64,000 nt of DNA from positions 84,609 through 148,608 of the forward strand of contig MU619320.1 in assembly GCA_025201805.1 (NCBI GenBank), written 5' to 3'. The notes under the pieces are model-generated. The model saw only the letters and a program-made list of their open reading frames with translations. It searched no databases and was not told the origin of the DNA. The stretch comes from Parasitella parasitica NRRL 2501. Its lineage: Eukaryota; Fungi; Mucoromycota. Positions 1-11,416 of the stretch are shown here, one piece after another. A program made the translations under genes and the position numbers. Within the stretch, counting starts at the first letter, position 1; the number at the start of each line of letters is the position of its first letter.

Positions 1-1
1 A

Positions 2-247
2 AAATTAAGCCTGCCTCAAGTTCCTAGTATTGATCAAGACACTGGAGTAAAAGATGACTGGGATGGCAAAGGCCCTACTGATTACCTTAAATTGAGACGT
101 CAATTTTCTGATGAGCCCTCTCAAGGACAATTCTGTTGCGATGTAGTACCATTGACTTCAGGTAAAATTTGTGTAGGTGACAAAATTCAAATATTGGAAC
201 GCATTCCGGAGGAGTTTAAGCAAGGTCCGTTGCCACCTCTTGCTTGA
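2..247 (+). CDS. 3' end of a MOSC-domain (mARC/YcbX-like) protein, partial
   Basis: Frame 2 reads ...VPSIDQDTGVKDDW..GPTDYLKLRRQF..QGQFCCDVVPLTSGKICVGDKIQILE..LA* (TGA 245-247). IDQDTG and G-x-I-x-VGD-x-I-x-I match the MOSC C-terminus. 5' part is outside the window. Confidence 0.7.
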   Translation, partial: KLSLPQVPSIDQDTGVKDDWDGKGPTDYLKLRRQFSDEPSQGQFCCDVVPLTSGKICVGDKIQILERIPEEFKQGPLPPLA

Positions 248-1158
248 ATTGAACCGCTTTATTTGTTACAATAATTACAGGAATTGGATCGCTGTGGTCT
301 CCTCCGTTGAAGCATCTTCTTGGTAACCGCTTTATTCGACCTTTTGTTTTATTTTTTGAATAAAGAAGGTCATTCAATTGAAATTAAACAAGAGTGAAAG
401 ATGTCCTTAGCAAGATAAATCAGGTAGTGATATTTACCATTACTCCCTTTCATCGTTCTTATTGTAAGGTTCGGGCTGCTTGAGATTCAAAAGAAAGTCA
501 AACATATATATTTGACGAATTTAAGAGAGGGCAAGTTTATCAAACATTTCAGCGTGGTTGGATTGCAGAAGTTGGAGCAGTGTATCTAACACTCCATCAG
601 GCATAGCATTTGTTGAGCCACTAGACTTTCTTGTTTCAGAAATGTTTCATCAGAAGCTTCTTTTACTAAAGTACTTGTGCAAATGTCAAAATACGTCTTA
701 AGCACTAAGAGATCTGTGAGTTGTATTATTGGTTTGTGTGGAGAAATAACATTGTTTGCAATGAAGGAAATTAAAGTTTTCGTTAATGTAAACAACTATA
801 AACATAAATAGATAAAAAATTAACATACCACTTCTGCCATCATGAATGGCTTATCGGGCTCACTGAATTCTTCTTTAGAGTCTAAAACCTAGCTGTGTTT
901 CGCTTTGTATTGCAAAAAGCGACACTCTCCCTAAAAAAAAAGGGGGGGGGGAGGGTTAGCGAGTGTTAGAATGTAAAATTAATTGCTATTAGATACTACG
1001 GCATTATCGCTGTTGCCTTCTTCAAATAATGCATCTAGTCTTTCATGCTTACGTTCTCTATAGTTTACAGTTCGATAGCTGTAAGAAGTCTTGTAGTAAG
1101 CCTTACTTCCATATTAGCTTCTTCATTTTTCCAGTGGGTTTTTATGTATTCATGTATA

Positions 1159-1444
1159 AATGCGGCAGCAAATTTCATATCATCAAGTCAAGTCTTGGGG
1201 AGAATTGCTGCTAATACGTCGACTTGTTTGCATCCTTCTGAGGGTTGGCTATTTGAGAGGAATAGCGGTGGTGTTGGCAACGTATCCAGATTGTTAGGAT
1301 CTTGTTGCAAATTTTTATGTAAGCAGATCTCTGTATATAAAGCTCCTGCACTTGTCAATCATCAGAACGATACAAACACGTTGACGTATTAGCAGCAATT
1401 CTCCCCAAGACTCGACTTGATGATATGAAATTTGCTGCCGCATT
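1159..1444. repeat. Inverted repeat, 83-bp arms (1159-1241 / 1362-1444), 120-bp spacer
   Basis: Reverse complement of aatgcggcagcaaatttcatatcatcaagtcaagtcttggggagaattgctgctaatacgtc... matches 1362-1444 with about 5 mismatches. Weaker extension 1134-1151 vs 1452-1469. Confidence 0.95.
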
Positions 1445-2300
1445 CAAAGAAGAATACATGAAGACCCACAAACGAATGAACTGGAATGCATGGTATCAAG
1501 ATGGGTTGAGCAAAGATTACTTCACCACTTTTAAGAACTCCCAAAATTAAAAAACACATTCAAAGACTTTCATGGATTGTCAAAAACCAAGTGATTAAGT
1601 ATTCTATTCTGTATATACATATAAATTGACAAAAAATACTCCCCAAAAAAAATGTTTAATGAAATAAACTTATATTTTTCTATTTACTGTATTGTCAACT
1701 TTAATGAAGCTGCCATTGACCATTATATCCTAATAGTATTTGTACAAACGAGCTTCTGAGGCTCGCTATGCTCGCTTTGCTTCGCTTATAACATCGTTGT
1801 TCTCTGTGGATAAGTGTAGCTCTTCAACTGTTTCCGAATAAAAGAATTGAAAAGAGCAAAGAAAATAAGGCAAAATGCCCAAATATGAAAGCAAGCGATG
1901 TGAACGAAATTGAGAGAAACTTATAGTCTATAAAGGGAACGACTTATCAAAAATATACTCAATCTGCATCAAAGTTTTTTACTCGCGACTATGTGTCTGA
2001 CAAACGCAAGCTCTAAACTTCCCAGCCCATGGTGGTTATTACAAAACTCGATATTCAACATACAAACCAACTTTTAGTACTTCAACTACAATAATAGTAT
2101 TTGCAGCATAATAAGCAATACGTTTTGGATGAATATTTCCCTAAATTTGAGACAGTAAAATTAAGTCCTAACTTCCCACGAAATCTCATTATTAAAGCCC
2201 TGAAGTTAGAAATCATGTATAAACCTCCACATTTTCGATTTATTCTATCAAAAAACAATACATATCAACCACTATTTTGCTTGTTAATAATGTATCATCT

Positions 2301-4701
2301 ATGTCATTCGCTTTTAATGGTTGAAAAAGACGCCTTGTTGCTATTAATGATGAAGAAGAACAAATGTCAGATCAGTCGTGAGTCTTGCGGAAAAATCAGC
2401 ACTTGAACAGCCAATTTACTTTCATGATGCATGCACTCAACAACAATCATAACCAAGAAGTTGGGCATAACTCTCACCACAATTCCCTGTTAAATGTACT
2501 GTCGTTTCAGTTACATCAGCAAAATCGACGACTAAAGACAAAACAACAACGAGACATAATCCAAACATTGAAAACAAGCCAGCGATTCCTGAAATCGCAG
2601 CTACAGCTTGCTTTGGCAAGTTAGGGATACGGTAGATTAATTAATTGAGAATTTGGACCAACAAAGGTAAAAACTGGTTGCAAACACGATATCCCATCCA
2701 AAACTAGAAGGTTTTCTTTTCTTAGCTTTATTGTACGCTTGCCGCCAAACATGAAGTTCAAAAAAAGACAGTTAGAATGTTATGTTGCAGGCTCAACTAT
2801 CATCAATCCTTCAGCTTCGTTTCTAAAGCCATCCAGTGGGCTTTGAAGCAAATTCCAGACATCCAAGGAGAAAACGGAGTACTGGAATGCCCTGCAGTTG
2901 CAATTTCGAATCTGTCTTCTACGCTCAATTGTACATTGCAGAAAGAAAAATGGAGGCTACAATGAGCTGTATATTTCTTTAATGAAAAGTACTAGAATAC
3001 CTAAAGGCGTAGTGCAAGAAGCAGAAGTAAAAATCAAGAGTCCAGGAAAAATCACAACGGTGTTAAGCACCGTGTATACACAGAATAAAAAGGCTGGAAG
3101 CCCAAAGAAGAATTATGAGTACTGGACAGAATTTGTGGAGAAGAACTTCCAGTCTCTTTTGGATTTACCAGAAAAGGATGATGGTAGCAATGATGATAAA
3201 GACAGTGAAGATAGCGAAGATGAAGACAACGATGGAGCAAGTATCTAATTATACCTCTGACTTCGGCAAGCAGGTTCTCAAAGTCGCTCTGTTGTTTGTT
3301 GAGTATACATTTGAATCAAATGGCGGCAACACTGAACTTGTCTACGATGGTGGAAGCAGCATTGCGTCAATACTGCCAGAAGAGTATTTAGAGGAAGACA
3401 TCACTGTACCTTTAGATTCCAGCTCTCTCCATAATGACGAGTTCAATGCTCACTATCAATCGCTGTTTCTAGAACCCCACTTGGAACAAGTGCACTCTAC
3501 ATACTATGGTCAAGTGGGTATTGAAGAGTCTACCCTTAAAAAGTCGCCTCTCCAAAAGGCAATTGTAAACGTTTTGGGCCGTGCTAAAGCCAACCCACAT
3601 CAAAATCTGTCCTTGTACGTTATGAAGATGGCTCGCCAACAGTATTACACAAATCTTCGTATTATGTGATCCGAAAATACTATTGTCAACAAGCTACTTA
3701 GAAAGCTTTTGAACTCCTTGCTGTTGATCCATTTATTTCCCGATCAAGACCATGCTATCAAGGCGAAGAAAACTGAAAGAGAATCGGCCAAGCTCCGAAA
3801 AAACCATAAAGGCAAACAGAGAGTGACACATTGCAGTATCCCAATGACAGAAATTTCAGTGCTGAACAAGACAAGAAAGGGAAGACGAAGACTGTTTTCT
3901 GATGAAAAGAAGCTAAAAGCCAAGTATGAAGAGAAAGGGAACAATACCAATGTATCTAGAAAAAGAATCAGTCAGTTAGTCAACATTGCAAGATCAGCAT
4001 TGTTTGCCACGCAAGATATCACAGACGCATACCTCCAAGGTCAGGATGAACACATCACCACACAAGAATCTGCAACAATCATCAAAATTACTAGCTTCAT
4101 TCGGCCATACATACCATCAAGCGAGACTTATCATCTCCTTCCACGCCAACTCAAGTTCATCTTGATGGCAAACCAAGTACTGCGCTCTATCGGCTATGAA
4201 GGCTCAAAAGAAGGAGCTCGATAAGTCACTCAGGGATCGCACAAACGAATTGTATCAGTTTCTTCAAGACAACGACAGAAAGCTTGGAAAACCAACTTTG
4301 AAGAACAAAAACAATGTTATGAGAAAGTCGAAGATGCCCAAGAAAGGGACAAAACTTCTGATCTTACCAAGACTTGGAAGGCTAAAGTTGAAGAAAAAGA
4401 CGAGCGCTATCGGAATGTGGAAGCAGTAAAATTAAGAAAGAGAGGATTAATGGTGGTTATTCGAGATACAAAGGAGAGGCTTCAGTCACTGCGGCGAGAG
4501 ATTTATGAATATGGAAAACCTTTGGTGGATGATTTGAAAAATCTAATACCATTTAAGCCTTTCACTGTGGGTAGCAAAGGATGCTGTAGAAAGGTAGAGG
4601 AATGCAAGTTGGATGAAGACATGGATCTGACAACAGCCGTGTTCAGTGGCACGGATAATGGCATTATAAAGACTACCATCACACCTGAAGCTGTACAATA
4701 G
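2301..4701 (+). pseudogene. Decayed, 3'-truncated Fanzor1-like (eukaryotic TnpB-family RuvC) gene, transposon relic
   Basis: Broken ORF chain (2898-3248, 3115-3669, 3709-4224, 4417-4701) with in-frame stops and frameshifts. Recalled Mucorales motifs YYTNLRIM*SENTIVNKLL..LLLIHLFP and FILMANQVLRSIGY, a coiled-coil, then a RuvC-I-like VFSGTDNG just before truncation. RuvC-II/III and Zn finger are absent. Family call is from memory, not a search. Confidence 0.55.
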
Positions 4702-5922
4702 GTTTCAGATCTTGTGTATGTAACTCAATGCCTTTGAACTCATATGTATATAGTTAAAGAAACAGATTCTATATGTGTTTGTCTACTATAGAGTGACATT
4801 ACGATTTATACATTGTTTATAAAAAGTAACCAATATCATCTGTTTCTTCTTTCGGAATTTAGCTTGCTGGCATACTTTGGCTGCAAGGCAGATTTTAAAG
4901 CATTGCCAATAAGCTAGATTGCGATACAGATAGACCTAACTAATATGATAAAAAAAAGGTGCTTCTTGGTTTTCGAAAAATACTATTTTCATGTTTCTAA
5001 CACATCTACATATTGCACGCTCCTAAATTAAAAGTACTCCTCTCAAAACTAGAAAAACAAGTTGTCGGTCGGCTCATGGCGACTTGAAAAGTACAAAAAC
5101 CACAGCCAAATTAAATAAAACTGGTACCAAAAGATACTTTAGACTCTATTGCATTGTTCTATTGCAGTTTTGCTCTACTCGAACTGCTATTAGCGCTGCC
5201 TTTTCGTTGTTTTCTTTCCTACAGCCTAGCAAAAAAGCCGTTTTTTAATATCTTGTCACTATAATCTTGGTATAAAAGGGCTTGGATTGATAATCTATCC
5301 GAGTATGTGCCAGCAGATACCATAAAGGAATTCGTGACAATCACCTGAATGCGTCCCGGAGCCTTTATTTGATGCTTCTTTAAAAAAAAACTATAGCCAT
5401 CACCTTAATTATGACGATGCTAGCAGAATAAGCTGCTGTATGAGTATTCGCCCAACTTCCCTGATTGTATAAAAAGTGCAATTTAGCTTTTATGTTTGGA
5501 AAATGTTATATGCATGTTAACAGTGAACCTACGCGTCACTAAACATTAACTCAAGTTGCTCGCGAAAGATCAAAGAAACTAAACGAGCATGGACCAAACA
5601 TCCATTTGAAAAAGTTACAAGGGGGGTCATCTCGGAGTATACCGAGATTCCATGCCTACTCTTGCAAAAAAGAAAATAATGCACGCATCGAGGCATATTA
5701 AATTTTTGGATCTGATAAGAAATGCATGCCACCAAGAAGGTTTCAAAAATGGGCGAGTATTTGCATCACCATTCAACAGATCTGTGGCCAAGTCACCCGT
5801 TTGATCAGATAAAAAAATTATTTGTTTACAACTAAAGTTATCAGATTTTATTTTTTGTCTGTCCTTTTTTTTTTTTTTCTCTCCTTTCTTCTAGGCCCTG
5901 AATTTCGAATACGAAAAAGCCT

Positions 5923-8900
5923 ATGGATATTTCACAAAAACTAGCAGATTGGTTAGCCTCTGAAAAATCAGAAGTAGAGCCATCTCTTTTGGCTTATGTG
6001 TTGTTATGTAAGAAATTTGCAGGCCATTGTCTGAAGCGGGTGTCAGGATGTTTATTGCTTTTTCTATAGATTCTACCAAGAATCTGACAGGGCTTGTGGA
6101 TGTACTAAAGTATCTTGTATCATCTTGGAATCAGGGTGATGCTGCTTGTCGGACCAAATGTAAATATACGAATATTCAAAGATGGTTTTGTATTGACATG
6201 GGATAAAATCTGTTTAGGCATCGAATTACTAGCCCAAGTAATCGTACCTAGTCAATCAGCACTTGACTCGTCAACGAGTAGGTAATATAAATCTACTGAT
6301 AGCAACTGAATTGACATTTTTATCTGGAAAATGTAGATAATGCGATCATTCAATTCATCAGCGACCGTCTAGATGACCCGGTTCTTGTGCCCAGATGTGT
6401 CGATATCCTTGCAATTTTAATTCAGTCGGAAAGCATATCAAGTACCGATGTAATTCAATTATGTAGTGTGTAAGTAGGATTGACTTGATGGACGTTTGTA
6501 GCGGAAAACCTGACACACAACGTAGAATATTTACACATATCAAAGTCAAGAAATTGCCTCAGCAAAGCCGATACAAAGTCTTGATTATCTTGGCCAAAAC
6601 GCTAGAAAAATACGCATCAGGTACGCTGCTTTTAGTTGTTGAAACAAGGGTAGCACCGTGCTAAGAAAAAAACAAAACAAATAGAAACACAAAGTTCAAA
6701 AATCAACTTCATCGGTGGATTCATCAATTGCATGGATGGAGAAAAGGACCCTCGAAATTTAATGGTTGCCTTTGAGCTTGTGCGAGCTATTATTGACAGA
6801 TTTGACATCTCTCGCCATATTGAAGATCTGTTCGATGTTGTGTTTTGCTATTTCCCCATTAGTTTTGCAGCACCTGCCAATGATCCATTTAGCATCACGA
6901 CACAAGATCTCAAAGAGAGTCTTAGACGCTGCTTAGCATCAACGCCGTATTTTGCCTACTATGCGACACCTTTGTTGATTGAGAAACTACTTTCTACTAC
7001 TGGCAGCGCCAAGAAAGATGCTATGGAAACAATCAGCCTTTGTGCTCCCGCTTATGGTGCTCACGCCATTTTGCCACATGCTCAGGATTTATTCAATGCC
7101 CTAGTTAGAGAGGTTTACCAAGAAGCCGATGCGTCTATGGTCCAGGTTGCGCTAAATACAATCCATAATGTTGTTGCTACTTTGGGCACAGGAATCAGCA
7201 TTGCAAACATTCGAGATCCAGTTGAAAAAGCCATTGATTCGCTGCTACAGAAATGCGTGGAAGAGTTAAAGGAGCCAGAGTTGAAGAATGCCAGATCAGC
7301 AGCCTATATTCTACGAGCAGCCGCGTCTGCATCTGATCCAGCATGCACATCTGTTACACACGCAGCACTTCCTATTATCTGTCAACAGCATAAGACAACG
7401 GATCCTGCCGTCAGAAGAAAAGCTGTGCTCGATATTCTAACCGAACTACTAGTAGCTAGCAAAACACTGTATGGATCTGTAGAGGATATTGGCTATGACC
7501 GTGATTTCCAAACACCCTTGTTAATGTTCAAACAACAAATATTTCAATTACTCATGCTCCCGCTAGTTGAACCCAACACAGCCGATGCCATCCTCAAGTA
7601 CGCTAGTCTCAAGGGTATCCACGAAATGGTGCTGATGAAACAGTTCTTAAAGGGCGAAGAAATGAACATGACAGTGGATCAGCTTACACGACAATTGGTG
7701 CGGCCAGACGCGCAACTACGATCGCTTTGTTTATCTACACTTGGCGTTATATCCAAGTTATACCCAATGACAATAGGTCAGCGCACCTTTCCCGTTCTCC
7801 TCGAACTGCTACCAAGCCTTGATGACCCTGTTATTTCAGATACTTATAATGATGTTTTGGATGCAATCCAAGTCTTGGGCGCTCACCCTGCTGTATTCAA
7901 GATTATCGTGCAGCCTTTGGTAGATAAAGTAGATTTTGCTTCTAGACATATTGGCCAAGAAAATATCAGTTTTGTCCACGCTATAGCATCAACGTTGCTC
8001 AAGGTATACAAAGCTGCATCCAAAGACTGCGAAATCGTGACTATCGGACGAAATACCTTGCTACCCACTCTGTTGATAGAGTGCATCAAGTCTGTCTCTG
8101 GAAATAGTGAAAGTTGGTATTTGGATGATACACTGATAGAGATATTTGCCATGATGGCAGCCATTACAACAAGACTATCCAGCTGCAGGTATATATCGAG
8201 TTGTGAGTATTTTGCAGTGAAAACTGAAAATTAATATTGCATGTTGTATAGCGAACAACAAGCATCTGTCAATGATATGTTTAAACTATTCGTACACGGC
8301 GACTTTTCTCAGTTGGATCAAAGCGTACAGATTGAATCGTTGCCTATATTTGGTGATATTACAGTAAATTGTTGGGAGGGAGGGAGGGGTTATTTGAGAG
8401 ATTTAACCGAATTTTCTCTTTAGCATGCAGCGTCAGCTAATGATATCACTTTGCTATTCACTGCAATCATTAGTAATTGTTGCAAAGATGTAAGTTTCCA
8501 TGACTAATGCACATTGTCGCTAAACTGACCCCGCCCCCTTTATTTTTGGTTTGACAGGTTCAGTTGCCAATTGCTAATTTATCCGGGTTCACTGCGAAAT
8601 TGATACAAACAGCGATACAAACACCATCCGATGCGAGGAGAGAGGCCTTGTCCAAAATCGCAGCCTCAATTATAAATAAATGGCTGAACGGTAAAACCAA
8701 ACTGGAGATTATTTCGGCAGAGATCATTAGCTAAAGGAGCCATTACATTAGATGAATTACTAGGCCATGTCAAGAGCCTGGTTACAGAACACCTGCTGCC
8801 AACATCCGAGTCCGCAACAACTCACAAGAGATCTGCCTTTCCCATTTTAGTGTGGATCATTAAAGCGCTTATCATTCGTGGCCATCGATATGGTTTTGAA

Positions 8901-9724
8901 CTGCTGGACAGTGTTATTGAGCAATGTGGCTCATCTGAATCAGGTAAAGACGCTGTTGATAGCTTTATTGCCTTGTTGCACGAAGACGAATTGATTTTAA
9001 ACAAAAAATCGCACTCTATCGTATCTGTAAGTTTCTTTTTTGTTTTTGTTTCGTGAGGCTGAGTATCTGCCAGCACTATACATATATTAACAATTTGCAG
9101 ATCTTGTTTAAACAAAGAGTCTTTACCCACTGCTTCAGGAAACTGATGAATGGTGCCGAGTTGGCTGATATTCGTCAACCAGATTTGCAGGTGAATTATC
9201 TGCTGGCATTGATCCACGTATTGCAAAACATTCCAAGACAAGTCGCAACAAACGAAATACGCAGAGTAAGTAATTTTTCTCCACACAATTTGAGTGGCAT
9301 CAGCTCACACAACACAACAGCTCATGCTGCCGATCATTGTTGCCCTGTCGTCACACGACAGCACGCTTATTAAGGCTACCTTGTCTGTAGCACAGAACAT
9401 AGTGCCAGACGCCCAAGATCTGGTTGCACAGCACCTTGGATCCTTCATTCATGCACTGCTAAGACTGACGCGATTCCAGTCCTCTAATGTCAGAATAAGT
9501 GCTTTAGAGTGTCTAGCGAGCATTGCGGTCAAAGGGAAGCCAGATGTACTGTCACCGTTCACACCTTCTGTGGTCAAGGAACTATCAACAGCATTAGACG
9601 ATAAAAAGCGTCTAGTTAGAAGAAATGCGGTTGACTGTAGAGAGAAATGGTATGTAACACGACACTAGCCAAAGTCTGCCACGGTTCGCTAACTCGATGA
9701 CATAGGTATGCCATTGGAAAATAA
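5923..9724 (+). CDS. MMS19: MMS19/Met18 cytosolic Fe-S assembly HEAT-repeat protein (multi-exon)
   Basis: MDGEKDPRNL and LFDVVFCYFPISF N-terminal signatures; C-terminal ALDDKKRLVRRNAVDCREKW|YAIGK*. ATG 5923 and several short 5' exons inferred from GT-AG sites. Confidence 0.93.
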
Positions 9725-10372
9725 CATGTAGTCATTGTGCCCATGTGTATAAAATGCGGCTTTCAGCTGAACTGAATAAATTGTATCTTTGCTAGATTTA
9801 GATACATGATACACATAACAACCTTGCTGTTTGTAGTAAAATGAAAGAACATTTTGCCATTTTTGTACACAATGTTTTTTTTTTATTTTTTAGTCGCCCT
9901 TTGCCAATTGTATCGATCACCGCAAACCTCGGCTTCAGCCATGTGAGGACGCTTGTCTACCACAAAATGCCAATAAAATTGCGAACAATGAAACCACTTT
10001 ATTAGCACAAGCTGAATAAATGAAACAATAACCTTTCATTAAAACAGTACAAACAAGTATGTGCATTCGGCGTGTTTGCTGTTTTCATGTCTCCCCTGCG
10101 CCCCCACATAAATCATAGGTACATACAAAAACTCTGCAAATATACACCACTGTATACATGGTCTCCTATTCAATTCAAACCGAAACTTGATTTAACCGAT
10201 TTCCTTTCTGCCCAAGCCAATCAAGGGCCAAACAAAGAGCAATGATAATATTGGATCAAAGCAAGACATTTGTATATAAACCCTCATTTTTTTTATGTTG
10301 CATGTAAATCATTGTTCTCTTTCTTTCTCTTCTTTTTTCTCTCCCTCTCTCTGTTTTCTTCCTACAAGCAAA

Positions 10373-11243
10373 ATGAAGCCAGCCGTAACTATTCTATTAA
10401 TTGCTTGCTGGTTATGCGTTATTCTTGTCAATGGCCTGCCAGTGCAACAGCAAGCTTATTCCTCGTCAAACACCGATACTATCGAGATCCAAGCGTATTC
10501 AGTGTATTCTAGTATTCTCGAGTACTATGAAAATCTTGTAGATGCAACCCTCAGTACCGAGAGCGAGGAACTATTACTTAATTTAATTCATCTACCAAAA
10601 GACTCAAGAAACCGTATATTAGCCTCCCAAGCGGAATCAATGGGATTTAGAACTATTTCAGGTATATATTTGGACATTTTTTTTTTAAAAAAAAAAAAAA
10701 AAAAAAAAGGGCCCACTTTTATGGAATTTTAGATAAATCTAACACCTCCTCTCTTTGGTAAAAATAGACAAGCAGTTGAACAACATGCCATCACTGATTG
10801 GAAAGCACATCCAAGCAATGAACGCCAATGTTTATGCATCCATTGAATCTATTGTGAAATCGCATTGGCCCATTTTATGGGAGAGCAAACTGCTGCATAC
10901 CAGCAATCAGGAAGAGATTCTCTCATTTTTGTCCTCTTTGAATAGCATCGTTGCCAGGAAATTGAAGGATCAAGTAGATAGCTATCATCTTTTGGACAAG
11001 ATAAAGCAAGATATGGTGCCATTATACCGAGAGACATCATGGTATAGCTGGTTTGGTAGTACCAAGACAATAGTTCTCTCTTTGGGAGACAATGTGAATG
11101 AGCAAGATCTAGACTTCTTGAGACAACATGTTGCAGACATCGGCGCAAATTTACTGATGGAGCTTCACACGCAGTTCATGGATTTCTTTACACGAATCCG
11201 ATCTGATATTGTCGAGCAGTCTGTCATTTATAACGAAGGTTAA
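10373..11243 (+). CDS. Hypothetical secreted protein (2 exons)
   Basis: MKPAVTILLIACWLCVILVNG-LP signal peptide; intron ~10662-10766; second exon matches ORF 10755-11243; TATA-like tataaa at ~10275. Confidence 0.7.
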
Positions 11244-11416
11244 TCCACTATTTATACATACATCTTTTTCTTTTCTGTACACTATTATAACAACCTAATA
11301 AAACAATTGTAAATAGCTTCCCGTATATAGTAGAAATTTCATGCTCGCTCTGCTGAGTATATAAATTGTCATCATCATTGTTGTTGTTTTTTCCTTCTTC
11401 CTATTTTCCATTCGAC

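Noticed and set aside
2-30. Apparent absence of the MOSC catalytic Cys motif before VPSIDQDTG
   Set aside because: Window edge; this could be an intron end, so pseudogene status cannot be judged.
586-1392. ORFs 586-795, 1029-1214 and 1045-1392 as genes
   Set aside because: No recognisable motifs; they overlap a decayed repeat and the inverted-repeat arms.
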